NCBI GenBank assembly: GCA_947085765.1
Contig: CAMTXZ010000005.1
Span: 13,583-77,582, forward strand
Length of the DNA: 64,000 nt
Source: an uncultured Chromatiaceae bacterium
Lineage (GTDB): Bacteria > Pseudomonadota > Gammaproteobacteria > Tenderiales > Tenderiaceae
Reading direction: 5' to 3'
Shown here piece by piece: positions 1-11,400 of the stretch. Made by a program: the position numbers and the translations under genes. Below the pieces are notes generated by a model, which saw nothing but the letters and a program-made list of their open reading frames with translations, did not search any database and was not told the origin of the DNA. How positions within the stretch are numbered: position 1 is the first letter of the stretch; the number at the start of each line of letters is the position of its first letter.

Positions 1-339
1 GTTGTACATATATTCCCTCTAGGGACATTATAACGTCTATTTTTTTGTGACCGGTGTACTCATCTGTTGGTAAACAAACTTCCAGTCAGAGTATTGTTTT
101 GCTTGGCTGCCCATCACCCACAGGCTCTTTTCATGTCGCGAGAGATAGGCGGAAATGTCACTGCTATGGGCAAGATGTACTGTGTGGTGTGCAGCAATGG
201 TGGCATCGGCCCACTCCAGAAGTGCATAGTTGAATGGATCGGCGATCACTAGCAGAAGATCACCATCACGGTTACAAAAACGATGCAGTGGTGGCGCGTT
301 GATTCGACAAACAGGATGATCTCGAAATCATGTCTCAGT

Positions 340-528
340 TCATACAGCTAGGTCATCATTAGAGATCGAACGGCCGTCTGTGCCTTTACTGTTTTCTCCT
401 CCGACTTTCCCCACCTGGGCGAAATACTTTGGCCCTACATATCCAGCCAGCAAACCGATGATCACCATCACCACCAGTAATTCCAGTAGCGTGAAGCCGC
501 GTTTACTCTTTTCTATTTGATTCTGCAT
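340..528 (-). pseudogene. Truncated type II secretion pseudopilin (GspG-like) N-terminal fragment, 62 aa; prepilin N-methylation/cleavage motif only
   Basis: Translation MQNQIEKSKRGFTLLELLVVMVIIGLLAGYVGPKYFAQVGK matches the GspG/type IV pilin N-terminus (KRGFTLLE + hydrophobic helix). It then diverges and stops after ~60 aa; full-length GspG is ~140 aa. The start ATG at 528 was confirmed in the sequence. Confidence 0.4.
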
Positions 529-1170
529 AGTGATTTCAGGCTCTTGCCGTGAATGGTTCCGTCTGTGATTCCAGTTGGAACGCAAGGCTATGACAGTTTC
601 ACTACAGAAAGATGACAGTGATTAGCTGTTTGAAAATATCGCTTGCGGACACATGGATGCCACCGAAGAGTGGCACCAAACGATTGCAGATGATGGGTGT
701 TAGCCACCCCCATTCACCTCTGTTAAGCAGTGATTGAGTTTTTATCTGGATGGTGATAAGGACACGAAAAAATTACTCCTTACCTCCTCGCTGCTTGATT
801 TGTTCACCGCACTAAAAGTTCACTGCTGATATAAAAAATTAACATTGCATTAATCACAGAGAAATCTCATTAGGCAACAATTGTCCTCGCCGCTAGAAAT
901 TCTGGCAGCCGGACATGAGGTCTGGCGTTACGGCGCACATGAAGTGCTTCGGTAATTGATGGTACAAGACGGAACTGCCACTCCCGTTGCGAAGCGGGGT
1001 CGGAAAGCTACAGATCTTGGTCTACAGATCAACATACCAAGATGGCTGAGTTATCACCGTTGTTTAGACATTCTGGCTCAGCTTGTTAGTAACAAAGGGT
1101 TGCTGACAAAGAGGAGGAGCTGGGAAACAAATCGGCGCAAGCCATTAACCTTTTAAACAGGAGTCTAGCA

Positions 1171-2034
1171 ATGAATTTTAAAATGAAAGCTGCGGTTGCA
1201 GCACTGGCCATGATGGCCGCTGGTGGCGCTAACGCTGCAATCAATCCAGGTACTGCCTTCACAGGCGCTGGCCAGGGCGAACTTTTTTTCTCTGTATTTG
1301 ATGCTGCCAACAAGATCTCTTACAGCCGCGACCTGGGTGTGACCGTTGATCAATTTCTGGCTGGCCAGAATGGCCCTATGTCTTTTGCGGCTGATGCCAC
1401 ACTGACAAGCTTTATTGGTAACGCCAATACGACTGGTAGCAGTTTGGTATGGAATCTGATGGGTGCCATGGACAGCGACTTCAGCGACCCGGCTGATTTT
1501 CCAAGATGGGGGCTTTATGTCACCAGCAACTCTACTGAAGCGGCAGTAGGCAGTATAGATTTCAACATGGCCAATGCAGGTCTTCTGCAAGCTGGGACTT
1601 ATGCAGCGGGTATCAACGGTGATGCATTGAATCAGGGTGGCGGATCAGTCGGTGACTATGCACTGAATAACTCCAGCACTTCAACAGGCGGTGATGGTTA
1701 TTACGGTGGCCCTTATGGTGGTAGCGATGTGGGTGGTCAGGTGGGGGTCATCAATGATGAGGCTGCTATCGGTCAGAGCATGGCCTTCTATCATGTTGGT
1801 ATGAAGCTGGATGCTGAAGGTAATCCAATGTCTGATGACGGTGGCAACCTTCTCACCGCCTTTAGCAACCCTGGTAGCTGGACTCTGGCTGCCAACGGTG
1901 ACCTGAGCTACGGTGCGTTGGATGTGGCCCCAATACCATTGCCACCAGCAGTGCTGCTGCTCGGTTCCGCCCTGGTTGGTTTGGTAGGTGTTGCTCGTCG
2001 TGGTCGCCAGCAGGGTGAAGTTCTGCCTGCTTAA
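1171..2034 (+). CDS. Secreted Gly/Asn-rich protein with C-terminal exosortase sorting signal (VPLPA/PEP-CTERM variant: APIPLPPAVLLLGSALVGLVGVARRGRQQ)
   Basis: N-terminal signal peptide MNFKMKAAVAALAMMAAGGANA. The C-terminus has a Pro-rich motif, then a hydrophobic span, then an Arg cluster, which is the architecture of PEP-CTERM family sorting domains. The motif resembles the other two CTERM proteins in this window. Confidence 0.7.
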   Translation: MNFKMKAAVAALAMMAAGGANAAINPGTAFTGAGQGELFFSVFDAANKISYSRDLGVTVDQFLAGQNGPMSFAADATLTSFIGNANTTGSSLVWNLMGAMDSDFSDPADFPRWGLYVTSNSTEAAVGSIDFNMANAGLLQAGTYAAGINGDALNQGGGSVGDYALNNSSTSTGGDGYYGGPYGGSDVGGQVGVINDEAAIGQSMAFYHVGMKLDAEGNPMSDDGGNLLTAFSNPGSWTLAANGDLSYGALDVAPIPLPPAVLLLGSALVGLVGVARRGRQQGEVLPA

Positions 2035-2115
2035 TAACGATCCTCTTCCATTAAACGCAGTACATCCCCGGCAGTGCCGGGGGTGACCCCTTATCTGGAG
2101 AAATCTATCGTGAAA

Positions 2116-3498
2116 ATGAAATCAATTGTTATGGCCGTTGCGGCTGCCAGTGTTATCTCTGGTCAGGCCTTTGCCCTGGCCCCTAATACTGTTCCTGATA
2201 TCGAGCTGTGGGTCTCTGGCGCCAGCGCTCAGGACAAAGCCTTTGGTGCACTGTTGGGAGAGCTGTGTGCTGATATCCCGGATACCTTTCTTGATGGTGG
2301 CACGGGCAAGGCGCAGCGCGCTTTCTCTTGCACACTGGACAGTACCAAAGTGCCTGGTCTAAGCATTGCCAACCCCAAGGTATTGATACATAAACGCTCC
2401 GCTGGCGGTTCCGGCATGGGTGTGCAGCCAGTGGCGGATGGCGCTGCTATTGAGTTTATGAATGTTAGTGCTGCCAACTGTGTTGTGACCACCCCGAATG
2501 TATATAACTGCGGTTATAACGTTACCAGCAACAGGGTGTTACATGCACCGGATGCCGGTCTCTCCGATGTGGAGCCGGCGATGTTTGTGGGTGTCAACGT
2601 ACCGGATGGTTTTACATCCGTGACTCCAGATCAGTTGGTTAAGCTTGATGTAAAGAGTGTACGTGCCGGTGTCTTTGGCATTCCTGTGACTGTTGCGCTG
2701 CGTAATGCTCTGCAGACAGCCCAGGGTCTGGTTCCTGGCAGCGATACCGAGGCCAATATGCCAAGCCTGAGCAAGATACAGGTTGCCTCTTTGATGGCCG
2801 TTGGTGGTATCAAAAAGTGGGATACACTCTATATTAATGGCACCAAGCTGACACAGGTGGTAGGTGTTACCCCTCCGAGTGATACCAAGGTGCACATCTG
2901 CCGTCGTGTGAACGGTTCTGGCACCCAGGCGCAGTTTAACGCCAACTTCCTTGGCAACCCTTGCACCGATGGCGGCCTGATTCCAACCACAACGACCAAT
3001 AATCTGACGGGTCCAGTGGTGGTATTGAACTCCGGTTCTGGTGATGTTGAAACCTGCCTGAACGACAAAAGCGCTGCCAACATCTGGGCGATTGGTCTGC
3101 AATCTACCGAGAAAAACGCCGATTTGGCTAAGGCTTACCGCTTTATCAAGATCGATGGTGTAGCACCGACTCTGGAAAACGCCTACAACAATACATATTT
3201 TGACTGGGCCGAAGAGTCCATGCAGTGGCGTACTGTTGCAGCAGGTGGCCCAGTGGGTGACAAGCTGACAATTCTGAACACCATGGCCAGCCAGGCCGGC
3301 AAGCCCAGCATCATTGCTGCAGCTAATGCCGGTTTTGTGCATCCTTGGGGTGCTGCAGGTTACCTCTCTGTCTACACCAACGGTTATGCACCATCAACCG
3401 TATGGAATGCTGCTAATCCAGTGACCACCGCCAGCCACGGTACTCCAGTGAGCAACTGCCGTGTACCACTGATCGGCAGACCATCTGCTATCAACTAA
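2116..3498 (+). CDS. Secreted hypothetical protein (460 aa), possible periplasmic-binding-protein-like fold
   Basis: ATG at 2116 is preceded by GGAGA. Signal peptide MKSIVMAVAAASVISGQAFA. The segments WVSGASAQDKAF and RSAGGSGMGVQPVADGAAIEF are loosely PstS/PBP-like. No C-terminal sorting signal. The antisense ORF 2539..3342 is Cys/His/Arg-rich junk. Confidence 0.55.
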   Translation: MKSIVMAVAAASVISGQAFALAPNTVPDIELWVSGASAQDKAFGALLGELCADIPDTFLDGGTGKAQRAFSCTLDSTKVPGLSIANPKVLIHKRSAGGSGMGVQPVADGAAIEFMNVSAANCVVTTPNVYNCGYNVTSNRVLHAPDAGLSDVEPAMFVGVNVPDGFTSVTPDQLVKLDVKSVRAGVFGIPVTVALRNALQTAQGLVPGSDTEANMPSLSKIQVASLMAVGGIKKWDTLYINGTKLTQVVGVTPPSDTKVHICRRVNGSGTQAQFNANFLGNPCTDGGLIPTTTTNNLTGPVVVLNSGSGDVETCLNDKSAANIWAIGLQSTEKNADLAKAYRFIKIDGVAPTLENAYNNTYFDWAEESMQWRTVAAGGPVGDKLTILNTMASQAGKPSIIAAANAGFVHPWGAAGYLSVYTNGYAPSTVWNAANPVTTASHGTPVSNCRVPLIGRPSAIN

Positions 3499-3527
3499 GT
3501 TGATAGTCATCTAGTTGTACCGTTTTT

Positions 3528-3562
3528 AATGGCGGCGCCTTGCGGGGTACCGCCATTTTTTA
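3528..3562 (+). terminator. Rho-independent terminator (aatggcgg...ccgccatt + T-run)
   Basis: An 8-bp GC-rich inverted repeat is followed by TTTTTTATT, directly downstream of the stop at 3498. Confidence 0.6.
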
Positions 3563-3809
3563 TTGGGGCGTCTGCTGGCGCATGTTTGTAATCCCCACTT
3601 TGATTTTGTTAGGCGCAGCAGCAATGGCAATGTGCATGTTGTTATTGCCTGGTTGCGCCCTTTTGATAATTTTCTCCATCTGTTTTGTAACAATGGTGTA
3701 ACTGCCATGTAATGCACATCCTGCATAATTCGCGCCTTAATGATGGTGCTGTGGTCTTACGCCAATTCTGCACATCCTGCTGGTGAATAGTGTCGAGGTT
3801 GAATTTCGA

Positions 3810-5399
3810 ATGATTTTTTTATCTGTAATGCGGCGCTCCCTGTTGTTGTCACTGGGGTTGATCTGTTGCTGCACTTCAGTGGTGGCCGGCGAGAGTGAGA
3901 CCGCACCGACAGATGTGCATTTCAACATCTGGGAGTTTCAGGTGGAGGGTGCGACGCTGTTGCCGCGTGCCAGCGTTGAGGGTGTTGTTTATCCATTTAT
4001 GGGGAGTGATAAAACTTTGGCAGATGTTGAGGCGGCCAAGAGTGCGTTGGAACAGCTCTATCGTGATGCCGGTTATGCGGCGGTACTGGTAAATATTCCC
4101 GAACAGGAGGCCAACGAAGGTGTAATTCGGTTGAAGGTGACCGAGAGCAAGATTGACCGTTTCCGTATTACTGGTACACGCTACTCGTCGCCGCGCGATC
4201 TACGCGCCGAGCTGCCGGCGTTGCAACCGGGCACTCCACTGCATCTGCCAACCCTGCAGGCACAACTGGCGCAGGCGGGGCGTCTGGCGCCGGAGCGTGT
4301 CTTGAATCCGGTATTCCGCCCGGGTCTGGAGCCAGGCACCATGGAGGCCGAATTGAAGGTTGAAGATGGGGTGCCGCTGCACGCTAGTCTCGGATTTAAT
4401 AATCGCTATACACTCGGTAGTTCGCATCTGCGTATGGAGATGGGGTTGAGTTATGCCAATCTCTGGCAGCGCCACCATAACATCTCTCTGAACTATCAAT
4501 CCTCACCACAAAACTGGGCGGATGTGCGGGTCTGGTCACTGAGCTATTCCATCCCGGTGGACAAGGCGTACTGGAATTTTTCAGCTGTGCGTTCGGCAAG
4601 CCATTCAGCGGCGTTTGGTTCTCTCGGTGTGCTGGGCAATAGTGATATCTATGGCATTAACTGGCAGCACCCCTTGCCGGCAAGAGAGGGGGTGAATCAG
4701 GGGGTTTCAATCGGCGTTCAATACAAGGATCAGCGGCAAAATGTGCTGCTGCCCGATGGTAATGGTATTTCGACGCCGATTAGTTACTCCGTCGCCCAGG
4801 CGCAATTTACTCGTAGCCAGCAAGATGAGATGGGAGTGACCAGTTACTCTCTGGGTGCCTCGTTTGGTTTGCGTCTGTTTAGTGATAGCTTGCAGGTGTT
4901 TGATGATAAACGTTCGCAATCCAGGCCGAGCTTTAGCCATTTTAATGGTGATGTCGAACGGCTGCAGGCCGGGTTCATGAAAACCACCTGGCGCTTTCAT
5001 CTGGCAGCGCAGCTCAGCGACTCACCTTTGATTAGTAATGAACAGTTTAATGCCGGTGGCGCTGATACCGTGCGTGGTTATCCTGAGTCACAGGTGATGG
5101 GTGACGATGCGGTGTTGGCTAATCTGGAGCTGCGCAGCCCGCCTTTGATGCCTGCAAAATGGTCATCACTCTATGATCTTCAGTTACTTGTTTTTGCTGA
5201 TAGCGCCTGGCTCAAACGTCATAACTCCCTCGCCTCGGAAGAGCCGCGTCAGCATCTGTCCGGTGTTGGTATCGGTGCGCGGTTGGTGATGGCCAAAAAT
5301 ATTAATGCCGTCCTTGACTGGGCTACGCCTCTGGAAGATGCGGGCAGTATCAAACGCAGTGATGCGCGTACTCATTTCAATGTCCGTTACGAATTCTGA
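3810..5399 (+). CDS. Two-partner secretion outer-membrane transporter TpsB (ShlB/FhaC/HecB family)
   Basis: Signal peptide and POTRA-like N-terminal region (FQVEGATLLPRASVEGVVYPFMG), a 530-aa beta-barrel, and a terminal aromatic residue (NVRYEF). It sits immediately upstream of a TPS-domain exoprotein. The start is ambiguous (GTG 3783 / ATG 3810 / ATG 3828). Confidence 0.85.
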   Translation: MIFLSVMRRSLLLSLGLICCCTSVVAGESETAPTDVHFNIWEFQVEGATLLPRASVEGVVYPFMGSDKTLADVEAAKSALEQLYRDAGYAAVLVNIPEQEANEGVIRLKVTESKIDRFRITGTRYSSPRDLRAELPALQPGTPLHLPTLQAQLAQAGRLAPERVLNPVFRPGLEPGTMEAELKVEDGVPLHASLGFNNRYTLGSSHLRMEMGLSYANLWQRHHNISLNYQSSPQNWADVRVWSLSYSIPVDKAYWNFSAVRSASHSAAFGSLGVLGNSDIYGINWQHPLPAREGVNQGVSIGVQYKDQRQNVLLPDGNGISTPISYSVAQAQFTRSQQDEMGVTSYSLGASFGLRLFSDSLQVFDDKRSQSRPSFSHFNGDVERLQAGFMKTTWRFHLAAQLSDSPLISNEQFNAGGADTVRGYPESQVMGDDAVLANLELRSPPLMPAKWSSLYDLQLLVFADSAWLKRHNSLASEEPRQHLSGVGIGARLVMAKNINAVLDWATPLEDAGSIKRSDARTHFNVRYEF

Positions 5400-5434
5400 C
5401 AATTTGCAGCCGCGTCTGTGAATAGGAGCACATC

Positions 5435-8400
5435 ATGTTTGGTTTGAGATTGGGTCGCAAAAAGGTTAAAAACCGCAACGCAGTGTTGCGTGGTTTACGT
5501 CTCTATATGCAGCTGCTGCTGTTGGGTGGTGCGTTTACTGCTGTTACCACGGCGCGGGCTGATCTGCCGGCACGTGCTGCGCTGCCTGTTCCCTGTAGTA
5601 ACAGCTGTTCAGCCATGGGCGGCGCCAATGGCTGGATCACCTCCGGGCAGGCGTCGTTGTCCAGCTCGGGCAGCACCCTGTATGTCAATCAGCAGAGCGA
5701 TAAGGCAATTCTCAACTGGCAGAGTTTCAACATTGGTGCTGACAGTAAGGTGCAGTTCAATCAGCCGGCAACTACATCGGTGGCATTGAACCGTATCTAC
5801 CAGGCTGACCCAAGCAAAATCTATGGTGCATTAAATGCCAACGGCCAGGTATATCTGATTAATCGCAACGGTATGATTTTTGGTCAGGGTGCAAAGGTCG
5901 ATGTTGGCTCACTCACTGCGTCGACACTGAATATCGATAATGCCACGTTCAACACTGTTGGTATTATCCAGGCGGTAAACCAGGGTAGCCCCGCTTTTGT
6001 TGCCGAAGGACCGATGGGTTCGGTGGTGATTGAGAGCGGCGCCCAGATTCAGACCAGCGAGGGTGGTCGGGTCATGGTCTTGGCGCCCGTGATTGAAAAC
6101 AGCGGCACGATCAATACACCTGGTGGCCAGACGCTTCTGGCAGCGAGCCAGGACAAGGTCTGGCTGATGGCCGCTGGCAAGGATGATAATTTGCGTGGAC
6201 TGCTGGTGGAGGTTGGTACTGGCGGTGATGTGAATAACTTCGGCGACATCGTAGCTCAACGCGGCAATATCACCATGATGGGTTTTGCTGTCAATCAGCA
6301 GGGAATACTCTCTGCCTCCACCACCATCAACAGCAATGGTTCGATCAAGTTGCTGGCGCGCGACAAGGGACAACTGCGCAAGGATGGCAGTAAATATGTG
6401 TTGGAGGGGATTACGACGGAACGTGATGGTAAGGCGGCCCATGTGACCTTTGGCAATAGCAGTCGTACGGAAGTGTTGCCGGAGCTGAATGAGACTACCA
6501 CGGCGGTGGATGAGCAGAAGCAGGCGCTCTCCAGTGTGGATGTGGTGGCGAGGAGTATCCTGGTGTCGCAGGGGGCAGAGATTGTAGTGCCTGGTGGTAA
6601 CGTCAGCCTGGTCGCAACGGCCAATCCGGCAGTTGCGGCTCAGGCGGGTACGGTGCGTAATGATAGTCGCGTGGTGCTGGAGTCTGGCAGTCTCATTGAT
6701 GTCAGCGGCACCACCAGCACTGAATTGGCGATGGAGCGCAACTTGTTGCAGGTTGAGCTGCGCGCCAACGAACTCGCTGACTCACCATTGCAGCGCGATG
6801 GTGTATTGCGAGGCAAGAAGGTGACCATTGATATCCGCAAGGGTACATCAATCGCTAACATTCAAGGCGCCCTTGACGGTATTAAACGTGATGTAGGCGA
6901 ACGGCTCGCTGCGGGGGGGAGCATAAACGTCGCCTCGGAAGGTGATGTGGTGATGGCTAAGGGCGCCACGGTTGATATCTCCGGTGGCGAGGTTCGTTAC
7001 GATGCCGGCTGGATCAATACCACCAAGCTCACTTCTGAAGGCAAAATTTACGACATTGGCAGCGCCACTCCTGATCAACGCTACGATGGTGTGCTTGGCG
7101 AATATAATCGCAGCTCTAACAAGTGGGGTGTGACACAGACGTGGCGCATCCTCGGTCCGATTGCACAAGGGCAATATGAGTCGGGTTATGTCGAAGGGAA
7201 GGATGCTGGCGACTTTAAGGTCAGTGCTAGCGCCATGCAAATCGATGGTAATGTCGAAGCCCATGTCACCTACGGTGTGCATCAGGACAACCCGCTGCAA
7301 CTGCCGCGGTTGGGCGGCCTGGAGTTGGACCTCGCTACGCTCGGACGTAGTGGTATCAAATACGATCCCGCCGCGGTTAGCTTTGCCACCCACACAGCCA
7401 ACAGTATTGGTAATGAATTACTCAATCCCAGTGATGCGATCACGATTGATCCACGCCTGCTGCAAGAGGGTGGTGTAGGGCGCGTGACGCTGCGTACTAA
7501 CGGTGAGGTGACGGTGCCGGAGGGGACAGACTTGCGGCTGCCAGCAGGTGGCGAACTCAACCTCAGTGGCGCTGCCATCAACCTGGACGGCACTATCACT
7601 GTACGTGCTGGTAAGGTGGCGCTTAATACGGTGCAGACACAAGGCCTGGTCAATCGTCCGTTATCGCTGGGTGAACATGCCAGGATCGATGTCAGCGGTG
7701 GTTGGGTTAATGAATATGAGTTGTCGGGCAATGATACCGTTATCACAACAGTGGGCAGCAAACCATGGTTGATTGACGGTGGCTCTGTCACGCTCAGTGC
7801 CCAGGGGGATCTGAGTCTCGCCGCTGGTAGTGAAATTAGCGCTGATGGTGGCGCAGTGGTGGATGCAACAGGTGAACTTCATGCCGGCAGTGGTGGTGAC
7901 ATCAATCTGATCAGCCGTGTGCCTTTGATTGAAGGTTCGCAGATAACAGTAGCCGGTGATCTACACGCCTATGCCGCAGTTACGGGTGGTAGCCTCAGCA
8001 TCGAAGCCAATAGTGTGCGTATTGATACGGCAGGTGATGCCGCCGCGGGTGAGTTGTTGCTGACGCCGGAATTTTTTCAAAAAGGTGGCTTCAAGAGTTA
8101 CGCACTCACCTCCAATCTCAACGGTATTACGGTGGCTGATGGCAGCGTCGTCAAACCGCAGGCGCAGACATTGCAGCTCGATAACGATTTTTCCAAGTAC
8201 GCCTCGGGGGCTGATATTCGTGGTTTCAGTCAGCTGACACTATTGCCTGAGGCTCAACGCCACTCAGTGGATCTGAGCCTGACCCTGGATCAGTCTGCGG
8301 CCGGACGGGTGACTCCGGCCCTTTTCCGGATCGGTAGCGCTGCGCGCATCGAGACCGGCCCGGAGGCCAAACTGATACTGAACTCTGATCACAGTATCGA

Positions 8401-11400
8401 TATTGATGGCACGCTCTCCACTGCTGGCGGCCAGATCGCGCTTAATATCACTGCCACTGCGCAAAAAAATGGTACTGCGGATGTTTTTTATCGACCCGAA
8501 CAGGGTATCCATCTCGGCGCCAATGCTCAGCTGTTGACTACGGGCAAGGCGTTATATACACCCAATACCCTCGGCCAACCGTTGGGGGAGGTGCTTGATG
8601 GCGGCCAGGTGAGTCTGACGGCAGATCGTGGCCATATCGTCACTGAAGCGGGTTCTCTGATTGATGTCTCCGGCACTGCGGCGATGGTGCAGATCAGGCC
8701 ACAAGGTTCTATCAGTGGGGGTATCCAGGAGTTGATCGCCAGTGATGCCGGGGCCATTAAACTGACCGCAGCAGAGGGAATGGTATTGGCAGGCAGTCTG
8801 AGTGGTCGTGCTGGTGCAGCGCAGGCGGCAGGCGGTGACTTGCAGGTTGTGCTTGATGGCACTACGCGTGATGCCCCTGATGTTGCGCCCCCCGCGCCTC
8901 TTCGTAATTTTGAATATTCAGCGCGCACTATCACTCTGGGTTCATCCGCAGTGCAGCTGCCCGAAGGGTGGCAGCCAGGCATGGCGTTGCCCAAGGCATT
9001 GAATGGTCGAGCCGAGGTGAATGGTGCACTGGTGCAGGCGGGTGGTTTTGACACTCTGACGCTCAGGGCCAATGATCTGCAGAGCCTTATTGATCAGAAG
9101 ATGTATCGTGGTCAGATCAACCTAAATAATGCGGATCTCAATCTGCGTCGCAGTATCGTGCTTGATGCACCGCTGATCAACAACAGTGGCGGTGACTCCC
9201 GTCTTGCCGCTGCTTACGTGGCGCTGAGCGATAGTGGTGCGCGTGGTGCAATAAAGCCGCAAGCGGCAACAGGTGAGGGGACGCTTGAGGTGACGGCACA
9301 GCAGGTTGATCTGATCGGTAATGTCACTCTCCAGGGGTGGCGACAGACACGTATCGCCAGTGATGGCGACATGCGGATGCGTGGCCTGCTGCCAACGATT
9401 AGCAGCAAGGAGTGGCTCGGCAGTCTCAACAGCTTCAGCGATGTACAGTTGCAGGCGGCGCGCCTCTATCCCAGCACACTGACCCAGTACCAGGTCAATG
9501 TGACCGGCCCTGATGGTGAGCTGCACATCGCGGCGGCAGCGCAACCTGTCAGTGGTCCACTGCTGTCTGCAGGTGGCAAGTTGACGTTGAAGGCTGACAA
9601 CATCACCCAGGGCGGGGTGGTGCAGGCACCCTTCGGTGAGATCAATATGGTGGCGGCAAAACAGTTGGTATTGGCGCCGGGTAGTCTTACCTCAACCTCA
9701 GCAGCGGGGCAGGTGATCCCCTTTGGTCAGACCCAGCTCGGCATTGACTGGGTCTTTCCCATTAATGAGACCAACACACTATTAATAGATACACCACCCG
9801 CGCAGAAGATTAGCCTGGATGCGCCATCGGTATTGCAGAAGAGTGGTGCGGTGATTGATCTCTCCGGTGGCGGTGATCTTAGCGCCTATGAGTTTGCTCC
9901 TGGTCCCGGTGGTTCACGGGATGTTCTGGCGCCCGAGAACTCTTCCAATCTGTTTGCCATCATCCCCGGGTTGCAAGGGTATGGCCCCTACGATCCGTTG
10001 GCCTTTACCAGTAGTGGTTTGAGGCCTGGCGATAGCATTCATCTGGCGGCGGGCAGTGGCCTAGCTGCGGGTGATTATCTGTTGTTGCCAGCGCGCTATG
10101 CCCTGTTGCCGGGGGCCTTTCTGGTAACACCCAAAGCCGGGACCCAGGACTTTGGTCCGGGGCAGTCGGTGGCGATGGTGGATGAGAGTGTCATCGTTGC
10201 CGGTTACCGTACCGTTGCGGGTACCAATGTTCGTGAATCGCGCTGGTCTGGTTATGCGGTGGCACCCGGAGCTGTCGCCCATAATTACAGCGAATACCAA
10301 CAGAGCCTGGCCAATCAATTTTATAGTGATCGCGCTGTTGCGAAGGATAAACAGGCGCCACTGTTGCCACGCGATGCCGGCCAGCTTGAGATCAAAGTCA
10401 GTGGCGAGTTGCAACTTGATGGTGAATTACGGGCGCAGAAAGGAGGGCAGGGACGGGGTGCCCGTGTCGATCTGGATGCGCAGAAGCTCAGCGTAGTGGT
10501 GGCACGTGGTGCCGATGATGGCACGGTGCAGATCACCGCTGACAATCTTAATGCCCTGAAGGCAGAGAGCCTGTTGCTGGGTGGCAGACGTAGCGAGAGC
10601 AGTGATGGAACAACGCTGGCGGTGAGCGCCACCGAAGTGACCGTGCGGTCCGGTGCGAAGGTCAATGTGCCCGAGCTGTTGTTGGCGGCCGCTGATGCAG
10701 TGACGCTGGAGTCTGGCGCTGAGGTGGCCGCCAGTGGTGAAGTGGCCGCCACTGGTGTCACCTATCTGCTTCAGGGTGATGGTGCGTTGTTGCAACTCTC
10801 GGCCGGTGCGCCGGTGGCGGTTGAACGAAACGGCGCCAAAGGGGTGAACGGGGCACTTAATATCGCCGCGGGTTCGACGCTCTCTGCTTCCGGATCAATG
10901 TACCTGGAGTCAAGTCGCGATACGGTGATGAAGGGTGCCCTGATGATGCAGGGCGGCACTCTCAACCTGAGTGCCAAGCGAATTACGTTGGGTGATGCTC
11001 CGCAATCCACGGCGGGACTGGTATTGAGTCAGCAGCAGCTTAGCGGTCTGCATATGGACCATCTGACACTGAGCAGCCGTGAAACGGTGGATCTCTACGG
11101 CACTATCGATCTGAACATGAAGGCGCTCACCGTGGCGGCAACAGGTCTGATTGAACATGGTGATGGCGCTGATGTTGTTTCTATTACAGCCAACACCCTG
11201 ACGTTGAAAAACAGCGGCAGCAGCGCCACTGCTGTGGCGGTTGATGACAGCGCCACTTTAAATGTAACAACAGCTGATCTGCGCCTTGAGGGTGGAGAGT
11301 TCAAGATAGACGGCTTTGCAGCCACCGCGTTGACGGCGAACCATCAGGTGATGAATGCCGGTAACGGCAGGTTGAGTGTTGACGGCGATCTGACGATGAA

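Noticed and set aside
671-688. TGGCAC...TTGCA sigma54-like sequence (tggcaccaaacgattgca)
   Set aside because: GG-to-GC spacing is 14 nt instead of 12, and the nearest plus-strand gene start is ~480 nt downstream. The consensus sigma54 geometry is not satisfied.
2539-3342. 267-aa minus-strand ORF overlapping the secreted protein gene
   Set aside because: Cys/His/Arg-rich composition, no start context, and fully contained in a plus-strand ORF that has an RBS and a signal peptide.
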